Source: SAR202 cluster bacterium bin16
GTDB lineage: Bacteria > Chloroflexota > Dehalococcoidia > Lucifugimonadales > Australimonadaceae
DNA length: 64,000 nucleotides
Assembly (NCBI GenBank): GCA_002238425.1
Contig: MPMJ01000006.1
Span: 5,149 to 69,148, forward strand
Direction of reading: 5' to 3'
This document shows, in pieces, positions 39,417-48,754 of this stretch; the first letter of the stretch is position 1; each line of letters opens with the position of its first letter. The translations under genes were made by a program, and so were the position numbers. The notes beneath the pieces are model-generated. The model saw only the letters and a program-made list of their open reading frames with translations, had not been told where the DNA came from and did not search any database.

Positions 39417-41045
39417 ATGGATGAACTACGACCCATAGGAGAGGTGGCGCGGAGCCTTGGCATCGCTCCGAAGCACCTCATCCCCTTCGGGGATACGAAG
39501 GCGAAGGTGTCGCTGGACGCGATGCGCCCGGAGCAGAAGGGGAAGCTCATCGTCGTGACGGGCGTGAACCCCACGCCTGCGGGAGAGGGCAAGACAACCA
39601 CTTGCGTCGGGCTCACGCAGGGGCTGGGGAAGATCGGCAAGAACGTCGTGACGACGCTTCGGGAGCCGTCGCTCGGGCCGATATTCGGCATCAAGGGCGG
39701 CGGCACGGGCGGCGGCAGGGCTCGCGTCATCCCGGAGGACGAGATCAACGTCCACTTCACCGGCGACGCGCACGCCGTCTCCTCCGCGCACAATCTCCTA
39801 GGCGCGCTCGCAGAGAACGTCATCTACCGCGGGCGCATCCCCGGCACGAAGCCGTCCGACATCACCTGGCGGCGCGTCGTCGACATCGAGGACCGGGCGC
39901 TGCGCAGCATCGTCTCCGGCCTCGGGGGCTCCGCGAACGCCCCGCTGCGCGAGACCGGGTTCGACATCGTCACCGCGTCCGAGATCATGGCCGTGCTCGC
40001 GCTCTCGTCCGGGCTGGACGACCTGCGCGCCCGCCTCGGCAGGATCACGGTCGCCACAGGCAGCGGCGGAGCGCGCGTGACCGCAGAGGACGTGGGGGCG
40101 GTCGGCTCGCTGATGGCGCTGCTGCGGCACGCCATCCTCCCGAACATGGTGCAGACCACGGAGGGGCAGCCGTCGTTCATCCACACCGGGCCGTTCGGCA
40201 ACATCGCGCACGGCTGCAGCTCGGTCGTGGCTGACCGGCTCGCGCTGGGCTACGCGGACTACGTCGTGACGGAAGCGGGGTTCGGCGCGGACCTCGGCTT
40301 CGAGAAGTTCATGCACATCAAGTGCCGCACCAGCGGGCTGCGCCCGAGCGCGGCGGTGCTCGTCGGCACCGTGCGGGCGATGAAGCACCACGGGGGCGTC
40401 GCGATCAAGGACCTGGACTACCCCGACCCGCTCTCCGTGCGCATCGGCTGCGCGAACCTCCAGCACCTCGTCGGCGTCGTACGCAAGTTCGGCCTGCCGG
40501 TGGTCGTCGCCATCAACCACTTCCCGTCCGACACGCCGGAGGAGACGGTGGTGATGCAGGACGCGGCGATCGAGGCGGGAGCGTCGCAGGCGGTCGTCTG
40601 CAGCGGTTTCGTGGACGGCGGCGAGGGCGCGGTGGAACTCGCGGAGGCGGTTGCGCGCACGTCGGAGGCGGGCCCGCCGCGCGCCAGGTGGCTGTACCCG
40701 CTCGACGCTCCGCTGCGGGAGAAGGTGCGCGTGCTCGCGGAGACGGTCTACGGGGCGTCGGACGTGCGCTGGAGCGCGTCGGCGTCGCGGCAGCTCGAAC
40801 GGTTCGAGGACCAGGGCCTCGGCGGGTTCCCCATCTGCATGGCGAAGACGCCGCTCTCCATCTCGCACGACCCGTCGCTGAAGAACCGGCCCACCAACTA
40901 CACCTTCGAGATATCGGACGTGCGGGCGTCGACCGGCGCGGGGTTCGTGTACCCCATCGCGGGCAACATCGTCACGATGCCCGGCCTGCCCGGCACGCCA
41001 CGGGCGCTAGACGTCGACAGCAAGGGGAACATCACCGGGCTGTAG
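39417..41045 (+). CDS. fhs: Formate--tetrahydrofolate ligase
   Basis: TPAGEGKTT, GIKGGGTGGG, HTGPFGNIAHG, TEAGFGADLG, TMPGLP. Confidence 0.96.
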   Translation: MDELRPIGEVARSLGIAPKHLIPFGDTKAKVSLDAMRPEQKGKLIVVTGVNPTPAGEGKTTTCVGLTQGLGKIGKNVVTTLREPSLGPIFGIKGGGTGGGRARVIPEDEINVHFTGDAHAVSSAHNLLGALAENVIYRGRIPGTKPSDITWRRVVDIEDRALRSIVSGLGGSANAPLRETGFDIVTASEIMAVLALSSGLDDLRARLGRITVATGSGGARVTAEDVGAVGSLMALLRHAILPNMVQTTEGQPSFIHTGPFGNIAHGCSSVVADRLALGYADYVVTEAGFGADLGFEKFMHIKCRTSGLRPSAAVLVGTVRAMKHHGGVAIKDLDYPDPLSVRIGCANLQHLVGVVRKFGLPVVVAINHFPSDTPEETVVMQDAAIEAGASQAVVCSGFVDGGEGAVELAEAVARTSEAGPPRARWLYPLDAPLREKVRVLAETVYGASDVRWSASASRQLERFEDQGLGGFPICMAKTPLSISHDPSLKNRPTNYTFEISDVRASTGAGFVYPIAGNIVTMPGLPGTPRALDVDSKGNITGL

Positions 41046-41089
41046 GGGCGGCGCTCACCGTCGAAGTTTCAACATGACGGAATCGAAAT

Positions 41090-41290
41090 ATGCCGAAGGT
41101 TAGAGATGCCATCCGGCTCGTGGAGCGTGACGGGTGGTACCATGTGAGGACGCGGGGTAGCCACAGGCACTTCCATCATCCTGAGAAGCCAGGAACAGTG
41201 ACTATCGCCGGCCACCCGGGAGAGGATCTGCCGCCAGGTACGTGGATCGGAATCCAGGAACAAGCGGGACTTCGCAGGAGGAACCGATGA
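41090..41290 (+). CDS. hicA: HicA toxin
   Basis: DGWYHVRTRGSHRHFHHPEKPGTVTIAGH. Confidence 0.9.
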   Translation: MPKVRDAIRLVERDGWYHVRTRGSHRHFHHPEKPGTVTIAGHPGEDLPPGTWIGIQEQAGLRRRNR

Positions 41291-41628
41291 AGCTGAGATA
41301 CGCGGTAGTCTTCGAGCAGACCCCAAACAACTACGGCGCTTACGCGCCGGACGTGCCCGGCTGCATCAGCACCGGCAAGACATGGGACGAGATGCAGGAG
41401 ATGATCCGGGAGGCCCTGACGTTCCACATCGAGGACCTGCTGGAGCAGGGCGAGCCGCTTCCTGAGCCCAAGAGATCCATCGACGAGGCTATCGCATACC
41501 ACAGTCAAGCGCTCGGAGAATCCGCCCTCAAGAGCTACGCCGAGTACGGCGACCCTGTCCCTTCAATCTCGACGACCTTCCAGATGGTCGAGGTCGACGT
41601 TGCCGTTCCACAGGCTGTGAAAGCCTAG
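41287..41628 (+). CDS. hicB: HicB antitoxin
   Basis: YAVVFEQTPNNYGAYAPDVPGCISTG; ATGA overlap with hicA. Confidence 0.9.
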   Translation: MKLRYAVVFEQTPNNYGAYAPDVPGCISTGKTWDEMQEMIREALTFHIEDLLEQGEPLPEPKRSIDEAIAYHSQALGESALKSYAEYGDPVPSISTTFQMVEVDVAVPQAVKA

Positions 41629-41704
41629 GTCCTCCCAAGGGCAACATCGCCGGGTTGTGACACCTCCGCCACTCCCGGCACAGCAAAGAGGGAGGTCGAA
41701 GCGC

Positions 41705-42070
41705 ATGGAGCCACAACGGTTCAGCTACCAGCGTCCGGAGAATGACCGGGCGAAGAATCTGACGCCCCTTTGCCAGACGGACAGGCTGTGGGCGGACATG
41801 CAGCTCGTGAAGGAAGGCGGCGAGAACAAGCTGCACAGCCACACGGTGAGCGACGGGTTCTTCATGGTGATACAGGGCGCCGCGAAGTTCTACGGCGATG
41901 GCGACGTCCTGCTGGCCGAGCTGGGCGCGCAGGAAGGCGTCTTGATGCCGCACGGCTTCAAGTACTGGTTCGAGAGCTCGGGGACGGAGCCGTTGCAACT
42001 GCTGCACGTCGCCGCCAGCGACCCGAACCTCCGGGACGTTCGTGTCGGGCCGAGCCGGGAGTCGGGGTAG
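41705..42070 (+). CDS. Cupin domain protein
   Basis: GGENKLHSH, MPHGFKYWFE; GGAGG RBS. Confidence 0.78.
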   Translation: MEPQRFSYQRPENDRAKNLTPLCQTDRLWADMQLVKEGGENKLHSHTVSDGFFMVIQGAAKFYGDGDVLLAELGAQEGVLMPHGFKYWFESSGTEPLQLLHVAASDPNLRDVRVGPSRESG

Positions 42071-42147
42071 GCGGGTCACCCCCACGAGGGGGAAGGAGTG
42101 GGCAGGCCGGGCGGCGTTCACCGACGGTTGTGCGCGGGGGTTCCCTT

Positions 42148-42730
42148 GTAGGGCGAGAGGTTCCCCGAAAGGGCACCCACAAGGGATGCCCCTACACCAG
42201 GCCACCCGACAGGGGATTCGGCTTCGCTCAGCGTGGACAGGCGATGCCACGCACCGCCTCGTGACCTAGCGGTCACCCTGGATTCCCGTTTTCACGGGAA
42301 TGACGGGGGGAGGGGGTTCGCCGCCAGGAGAGGGGAACCCCGAAGGGCACCCACAAGGGGTGCCCCTACATCGGGCCACCCGAGAGGGGATTCGGCTTCG
42401 CTCAGCGTGGACAGGCGATGCCACGCACCGCCTCGTGACCTGGCGGTCACCCTGGATTCCCGTTTTCACGGGAATGAACGGGGGGAGGGGGTTCGCCGCC
42501 AGGAGAGGGGAACCCCGAAGGGCACCCACAAGGGGTGCCCCTACAGCGGGCCAGCCGAGAGGGGATTCGGCTTCGCTCAGCGTGGACAGGCGATGCCACG
42601 CACCGCCTCGTGACCTGGCGGTCACCCTGGATTCCCGTTTTCACGGGAATGACGGGGGGAGGGGTTCGCCGCCAGGAGAGGGAACCCCGAAGGGCACCCA
42701 CAAGGGATGCCCCTACAGCGGGCCACCCAA
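42148..42730. repeat. Tandem array of about 3.3 x 174-bp composite palindromic units
   Basis: GGGCACCCACAAGGG recurs at 42171, 42345, 42520 and 42692; the units are near-identical. Confidence 0.93.
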
Positions 42731-42737
42731 GAGCTGG

Positions 42738-43982
42738 TTAGACCTTGGGGAGGCACTGTTTCCAGTCGGCGCCGGTGGGGAGGACGGAGGTGATCATGTA
42801 GGGGTAGTCGTGGAACTGGTTCTCTTCGGAGGTCCAGGCGAGGCCGGGCGGGTCGCCGCCTTCCGCCATGGTGCGAACGGCCTCGAGCATGAAGCGGCGC
42901 ATGGCGATGATGTGCATGTCGCTGGCGCCGAGGTTCTCTTGGGTCCTGTCGCTGATGGCGCCCATGCTCTCGGTCACCATCTTGTCCTGCGTGTGGTTGC
43001 GAGCGGCGACACCGCACCAGTAGTCTCCCGACTTCTGCTCCTCGCGGCTGAGCTGGTAGTGGTTGGCGCGGGTGTAGTAGCTCATGAAGTCCGGGCCCAC
43101 CTCTGCACGGTCACTCTGGGCGTACGAGTCGTCGACGCTCTTGTCCCACCAGACCTCGAAGTCGTAGCGCCAGTTGGTGTAGTCGTCGGCGGGCACTTGG
43201 TAGATGGTGTGGACGGCCTCGTTGTAGCCGTTGGGGGAGTCGCCGCGCGGCGTGTTGCCGATGCAGGGCATGAGGAAGGTGTTGGTACGCACCATCTCCT
43301 GTGTGTCGTCATAGGGGTAGATGGTCGCGGCGCGGACGCCCCACGGCAGCCTGTCGATGGCGACGCGGGCGGGGCGGCGACGCGCCTGGGCCATGGGGTT
43401 GTCCTCGCCGGATATGCGCCGGTGGAGGTAGGCGGAGTGGATGCTGTCGTTGTCGCCCTCCAGCGCCTGGAGCCAGTTGCACTCGAGGAAGAGCTTGCTG
43501 CCGACGACGACGTGGTCGCGCGGCAGGGTGAACCACGGGAGGTTGGGTACGAGCGGGGTCTTCTCCTTCGGCCCCATGTAGGTGAGGACGACACCGTTGC
43601 GCTCCTCGCACGGGTAGGACGTGTGCTGGATGGTGTCCTTCAGCCTGCTGGTCTCCGGCTCGGCGGGGATGTCCAGCACCGTGCCTTCCACGTCGTACTG
43701 CCAGCCGTGATAGATGCACGTGATGCTGCAGTTCTCCACGCGTCCGTAGAAGAGCGACGCCCGGCGGTGCGAACAGTACTCGCCGAGCAGCCCCACCCTG
43801 CCGTTGCTGTCGCGGAAGGCGACGAGGTCCTCGTTGAGGAGCTTGACGCGCACCGGAGCGCAGTCCGGCTCCGGCAGTTCCTCGGAGAGCAGCGCCGGTA
43901 TCCAGTAGCGGCGGAACAGATCGCCCATCGGCGTGCCGGGCCCGACACGGGTCAGGATCTCGTTGTCCTCGGCGATAGACAT
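42738..43982 (-). CDS. Rieske oxygenase alpha subunit (phthalate 4,5-dioxygenase-like)
   Basis: CSHRRASL and CIYHGW, EGDNDSIHSAYLH, QDKMVTESMG. Confidence 0.92.
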   Translation of the reverse strand: MSIAEDNEILTRVGPGTPMGDLFRRYWIPALLSEELPEPDCAPVRVKLLNEDLVAFRDSNGRVGLLGEYCSHRRASLFYGRVENCSITCIYHGWQYDVEGTVLDIPAEPETSRLKDTIQHTSYPCEERNGVVLTYMGPKEKTPLVPNLPWFTLPRDHVVVGSKLFLECNWLQALEGDNDSIHSAYLHRRISGEDNPMAQARRRPARVAIDRLPWGVRAATIYPYDDTQEMVRTNTFLMPCIGNTPRGDSPNGYNEAVHTIYQVPADDYTNWRYDFEVWWDKSVDDSYAQSDRAEVGPDFMSYYTRANHYQLSREEQKSGDYWCGVAARNHTQDKMVTESMGAISDRTQENLGASDMHIIAMRRFMLEAVRTMAEGGDPPGLAWTSEENQFHDYPYMITSVLPTGADWKQCLPKV

Positions 43983-44073
43983 GACGCACCTCCCCAAGTG
44001 TTACGTCAGCGACCGAGCGCCGCGTGATGGCTGCAACTATAGCCCTGGCGGGATGCGTGTCAACGCGGCTGCG

Positions 44074-44979
44074 TCAGCGGCGTTCGTCCATGATGCGGCC
44101 GGCGATGCGCAGGTCCCACATCTGCAACGGGTTGTAGCCTGCCAGCTCCGGATACTCGTCGACGGCCATGTCGTAGAAGTTGCCTATGGCGTCCGGCATC
44201 GGCACCGGCGGGTCCGCGAGCTCGGCGGCGAGGTGGCCGTAGACGACCTCGCGCTCTTCGGGGGTCGCTATCGAGGCGCCAGGGGCTTTCATCAGGCCGT
44301 CCGGGATGGAGGTCATCACGTCCAGCGCCGCCTGCTTGTCCTCCTTGAAGAGCCTCGCCGCGTCGAACGCGGCACGCACGAGGTTCTCCATGTCCTCGGC
44401 ACGGCTCTCGAGCAACTCCACGGACGTGGTGTAGACGACGCCTCCCAGGAAGCCGAAGGTGCCGATGTCGAGCGGCACGAGCCCTGCCTCCGCAGCGGCG
44501 TCCGAGAAGAGGTTGGTGACGACGGCTGCGTCGCAGTCTCCTTCCACGACGCGCTTCCACGGCGACCAGCGGCCCACCTCCGCGTCCGGCGCGAGCACGA
44601 CCTCGAACTCAGTGAGTCCGGCGCGACGAAGCCAGAGCGGGTCGATGAGGTTCGTCGGGCGGGCGTCGCGCACGGCGATGCGTTTGCCGCGCAGTTCGTC
44701 GAGGCTCGTGACGCCGGGGCGTACGTAGAGGCGCTCGTTGATGGTGGTGACCGCCGCCGCGATGGATACGAGGGGCATGCCCTTCGCCCGGTTGAGTTGC
44801 TGGTTCCAGTAGTTCTCCGCGAGCACCTCCGCCCTGCCGTCGAACAGCAACTCGGCGTACTCGCGGCCTTCGGGTCGCTCGAGGACGATCTCCGTGCCGT
44901 AGGCCGCGGCGGTGCGCTGCACGGTGTAGAGGTACGGCAGGCGGTCGGCGTCGCGCCAGAGTAGTCGGATCGTGCCCAT
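44074..44979 (-). CDS. ABC substrate-binding protein (NitT/TauT-like)
   Basis: VTSLDELRGKRIAV motif; no evident signal peptide. Confidence 0.65.
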   Translation of the reverse strand: MGTIRLLWRDADRLPYLYTVQRTAAAYGTEIVLERPEGREYAELLFDGRAEVLAENYWNQQLNRAKGMPLVSIAAAVTTINERLYVRPGVTSLDELRGKRIAVRDARPTNLIDPLWLRRAGLTEFEVVLAPDAEVGRWSPWKRVVEGDCDAAVVTNLFSDAAAEAGLVPLDIGTFGFLGGVVYTTSVELLESRAEDMENLVRAAFDAARLFKEDKQAALDVMTSIPDGLMKAPGASIATPEEREVVYGHLAAELADPPVPMPDAIGNFYDMAVDEYPELAGYNPLQMWDLRIAGRIMDERR

Positions 44980-45123
44980 GGGTTTCCTCCCTACGAGAGA
45001 CATCAGTGAGAGTAGCACGGACAGTACGCCACGCCCCGCCCGATCACCCCCATCCTAACCTTCCCCCATCAAGGGGGAAGGGATCACGCCGCCTCCCTCC
45101 ATTGAGGGGGAAGGGACCAGGCC

Positions 45124-46140
45124 TCAAGCCTGAGCGAGGTCCAGTTTGCCCCCCAGGCGGGGGTACGCCTCCAGCGCGTTGCCCTCGAATATCAGGCGCT
45201 TCTCGGCTTCGGTGATGCCGGGGACAGCGTCGACGTAGGGCTTCGTGTCGTCGAAATAGCGGCCTGTCCGTTCGTCGACGCCGCGCACGGCGCCGATCAT
45301 CTCGGACGCGAAGATGACATTGGACGCGCCCATCACCTTCACGAGGAAGTCGATGCCCTCCTGGTGGTAGACGCAGGTGTCGAAGTAGAGGTTGCCGAGC
45401 AGCAGTTCGTCGAGAGGCGGCTTGCCCATGTCCTGGGCGATGCCACGGTAGCGGCCCCAGTGGAACGGGACGGCGCCTCCGCCGTGGGGGAGGACGAACT
45501 TCAGACTCGGGAAGTCCGCGAATATTTCCGAGGTGAGGAACTGCATGAAGGCAGTCGTGTCGCCGTTCAGGTAGTGGGCGCCCGTGCCGTGGAAGTTGGG
45601 GTTGCATGACATGCTGACGTGGACCATCGCGGGGACTTCCAGCTCGACCATGCGCTCATAGAGGTCATACCACCAGCGGTCGGTCAGCGGCGGGTCGGTC
45701 CAGTAGCCGTCCGTCGGGTCGGGGTTGAGGTTGCAGCCGACGAACCCGAGCTCGTTGACGCAGCGGTCGAGCTCGGCGATGCACTCCGTCGGGGATACGC
45801 CGGGCGATTGCGGGAGCTGGCAGACGCCTATGAAGTTGTCCGGGAACATGGTGCAGACGCGGTGGACGAGGTCGTTGACCGTACGGCTCCACTGGATGCT
45901 CGTCCGGGCGTCGCCGAAGTGGTGCCCCATCCCGCCTGCGGTCGGCGAGAAGAGCGCCACGTCCGTGCCGCGATCGCGCTGGAGCCTGAGCTGGCCGTTC
46001 TCGATGGTCTCGCGTATCTCGTCGTCGCTGATCGACAGCGGTTCGGTGAAAGGGCGTCCGGCGCTCTCGATCTGGCGGGCGCGCCACTCCCGCAACTGTC
46101 GCGGGGCGGTCGTGTAGTGTCCGTGGACGTCGATGATCAT
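45124..46140 (-). CDS. ligJ: 4-oxalomesaconate hydratase
   Basis: MIIDVHGHYTTAP, QLPQSPG, HGGGAVPFHWGRYRG, FASEMIGAVRG, YFDDTK. Confidence 0.87.
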   Translation of the reverse strand: MIIDVHGHYTTAPRQLREWRARQIESAGRPFTEPLSISDDEIRETIENGQLRLQRDRGTDVALFSPTAGGMGHHFGDARTSIQWSRTVNDLVHRVCTMFPDNFIGVCQLPQSPGVSPTECIAELDRCVNELGFVGCNLNPDPTDGYWTDPPLTDRWWYDLYERMVELEVPAMVHVSMSCNPNFHGTGAHYLNGDTTAFMQFLTSEIFADFPSLKFVLPHGGGAVPFHWGRYRGIAQDMGKPPLDELLLGNLYFDTCVYHQEGIDFLVKVMGASNVIFASEMIGAVRGVDERTGRYFDDTKPYVDAVPGITEAEKRLIFEGNALEAYPRLGGKLDLAQA

Positions 46141-46284
46141 GGGCGGATTCTACGTCATGAGGTTAGACCTCGCCGGTACCCCTTCCCTGCCCCGCGGCGC
46201 AACTTGCGCATCGTATGAGGCAAGCGCATGATGGCGCCGCCGGTAAACCAAAGGCGTATGAGAGGCTGCTGCAGGAGGTGACTC

Positions 46285-47361
46285 TTGACTCTGCTCATCA
46301 ACACGGAAGAAGCCCGGCGCGTCCTGACGATGGACGACTGCCTCGACTACCTGGATACCGCGTACAAGGACCTTGCGAACAAGGAGGCGGTCACCGCTCC
46401 TCCCGGAGGCCGCTGGGACGTGTGGGTGCCCGTCGGTGACGAGAAGTACTACGTGTTCGGCACGCTGCAGGGCGCGAGCCGCCGCCTGGGCGTGTTCGCG
46501 ATGCGCTTCAAGTCGGACATCATGCACTACCCATGGGAGGCGGACGGCCAGACGCTCGACAAGTACTGCGTCGAACCGGGCAAGTACTGCGGCATCATCA
46601 TGCTGTTCAGCGTGTGGGACGGAGAGCCGCTGGCCATCCTGAACGACGGGCACATCCAGCACATGCGCGTCGGCGCCACCGCCGGGGTCGCGGCGAACTA
46701 CATGGCGCGAGAGGACGCCACGTCGGTCGGCATGTTCGGCTCGGGCGGGATGGCGCGGACGTACCTGGAGGCGTTCGCCAAGGTGCGCAAGATCGACTAC
46801 TGCAAGGTGTACAGCCCCACGAAGGCGCACCGGGAGTCGTACGCGGCGGAGATGAGCGACAAGCTGGACATCAACGTCATCGCGGTAGACAGCCCGGACC
46901 AGGTCACCGAGGGAACGGACATCGTCGCGGGGTGCACCGATTCGGCGCAGCCCATCATCCACCCTCAGTACATGGCGCCCGGCATGCACGTAACGCCCGT
47001 TCTGCCGAAGGAACTGCCGCGAGAGTCGGTCGACAAGTTCGACGTCGTCGTGCGGCACAACAACGGCGGTGCCGAGGGGTTCTTCGTCGGCCAGGACGAG
47101 GAGTACGCGGGGTTGCCCGCCGGGCACTTCGACAGCTCCTACCGGGGCGTGGACCGCAGCGACTCCCCGACGCTTGCCGACCTGGTGTCGGGCAAAGCGG
47201 CAGGCCGCACGAGCGACGACCAGTTGACCTGCTACTACAACGTGCCGGGCTCCGGGCTACAGTTCGCCGCGGTCGCCTACCGGACGTACGAGTTGGCCAA
47301 GGCGGCCGGACTCGGGCGGGAACTGCCGACCGAATGGTTCCTGGAGGACGAGCGAGACTAG
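46285..47361 (+). CDS. Ornithine cyclodeaminase/mu-crystallin family
   Basis: QHMRVGA, FGSGGMA, GSGLQFAAV. Confidence 0.85.
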   Translation: MTLLINTEEARRVLTMDDCLDYLDTAYKDLANKEAVTAPPGGRWDVWVPVGDEKYYVFGTLQGASRRLGVFAMRFKSDIMHYPWEADGQTLDKYCVEPGKYCGIIMLFSVWDGEPLAILNDGHIQHMRVGATAGVAANYMAREDATSVGMFGSGGMARTYLEAFAKVRKIDYCKVYSPTKAHRESYAAEMSDKLDINVIAVDSPDQVTEGTDIVAGCTDSAQPIIHPQYMAPGMHVTPVLPKELPRESVDKFDVVVRHNNGGAEGFFVGQDEEYAGLPAGHFDSSYRGVDRSDSPTLADLVSGKAAGRTSDDQLTCYYNVPGSGLQFAAVAYRTYELAKAAGLGRELPTEWFLEDERD

Positions 47362-47384
47362 GTTCCGAAACGAGCGTGTTCTTC

Positions 47385-47413
47385 TTGACACGCATGAGAG
47401 CGGTGTCCATCAT
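47385..47413 (+). promoter_or_regulatory. Putative promoter of the TTT operon
   Basis: TTGACA-N17-CATCAT overlapped by the inverted repeat GACAC...GTGTC. Confidence 0.4.
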
Positions 47414-47460
47414 GAGCGGCCAGCGCCGGACTTGATGGCGAATTCAGGCAGGAGGGCGTC

Positions 47461-48663
47461 ATGGGAAAGCGAAACAGGATGTGGCGGCTCCTTTCAGGGC
47501 TATTCCTCGCCACCGGACTCGTGGCGGTTCTTGCCGCTTGCGGAAGCGATCCGACAGCGACGCCGACACCGGTGCCGCCGACAGCGACGCCCACCACCGC
47601 CCCTGCTGCAGGAGCGACGGCTGAGCCGAGCGCGCCGGCAGTCCCCACACCGACCCCAGCGCCGTCGTTCGACGCCGAGGCGTACTTCGCCGGCAAGACC
47701 GTGCGCATCGTCGTGGCGTGGGACCCCGGCAACAGCATCGACGCACACGCACGAGCGGTGTCGCGGGTGCTGCCCAGGTACATCCCCGGAAACCCGAAGT
47801 CCATCGTCGTCAACAAGGACGGCGCTACCGGGACGGTTGGCGGGAACTGGTGGCACGAGAACGCGCAGGGCGACGGCCTCTGGCTGTTCGCCAACACGGG
47901 CGCGAACCCCATCTCGCAGATCCTGCGTCCGGGCGTGCGTTACGACTTCCGCGACTACACGTCGGTCGGCGGCATCATGCAGCGCACGACGATGTGGATG
48001 ATCGCGGGCGACGCTCCCTACAACCGCATCCAGGAGGCTTCCGGCGGCTCGGAAGAGTTCACCGTGGGTCTGAACACCGAGTCTGAGACCGGCACGGCGA
48101 AGGCGCTGGCGCTGGCCCAATGGCTCGACCTGCCGATGCGGCCGCTGTACGGCATCGGCTCCGGGTTCGCGGCGTTCCTGACGACGTTCGACCGCGGCGA
48201 CGCCGACAGCTACATCTCCGGCAGCGCGTGGTACCGCACGCCGGGCTCGCGTCCGGGCTGGTTCACCGACGGCGTTGTCGAGCCGTTCGCCATGCTGGGT
48301 TCGAAGGACGTCTTCGCCAACAACGGCGAGATAGACGTTCCGGACGACCTCCCGCACATCAGCGAACTGCTGACGGACGAGCAGATAGCGGTCTGGTCCG
48401 GCATGAACCTGGAGGACACGGCGTTCTACCGCGGCCTCTTCACGCCGAAGACGATCGAGCCCGAGGTACTTGCAGTGCTGCGCAAGGCGTTCGACGACAT
48501 GTTCAACGACCCCGAGTACCAGGAGATCTACGAGAGCCTCGTCGGTCTACCGGTCGACCAGGGCGGCAGGCTTGCGCCTGAGGTCGTGGACGAGGCGCTG
48601 GACAACTGGGCTGCGAACGCTGACGAGATCAAGGCGGTGTACGCACAGTTCCTTCCGCAGTAG
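47461..48663 (+). CDS. Tripartite tricarboxylate transporter substrate-binding lipoprotein (TctC/Bug-like)
   Basis: Lipobox LAAC, PT-rich linker, YFAGKTVRIVV...PG, IPGNP. Confidence 0.8.
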   Translation: MGKRNRMWRLLSGLFLATGLVAVLAACGSDPTATPTPVPPTATPTTAPAAGATAEPSAPAVPTPTPAPSFDAEAYFAGKTVRIVVAWDPGNSIDAHARAVSRVLPRYIPGNPKSIVVNKDGATGTVGGNWWHENAQGDGLWLFANTGANPISQILRPGVRYDFRDYTSVGGIMQRTTMWMIAGDAPYNRIQEASGGSEEFTVGLNTESETGTAKALALAQWLDLPMRPLYGIGSGFAAFLTTFDRGDADSYISGSAWYRTPGSRPGWFTDGVVEPFAMLGSKDVFANNGEIDVPDDLPHISELLTDEQIAVWSGMNLEDTAFYRGLFTPKTIEPEVLAVLRKAFDDMFNDPEYQEIYESLVGLPVDQGGRLAPEVVDEALDNWAANADEIKAVYAQFLPQ

Positions 48664-48754
48664 CAGAGAGACTTCGTGAACCGGCCAGCCGTCCCTGTTA
48701 TTGGAACGGCTGGCCGCTGCTCATCAGCACTTAACGCCTAAGGAGTCAGGCAGA

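Noticed and set aside
42148-42730. Possible CRISPR array
   Set aside because: Whole 174-bp units are near-identical, there are no unique spacers, and no cas genes are present.
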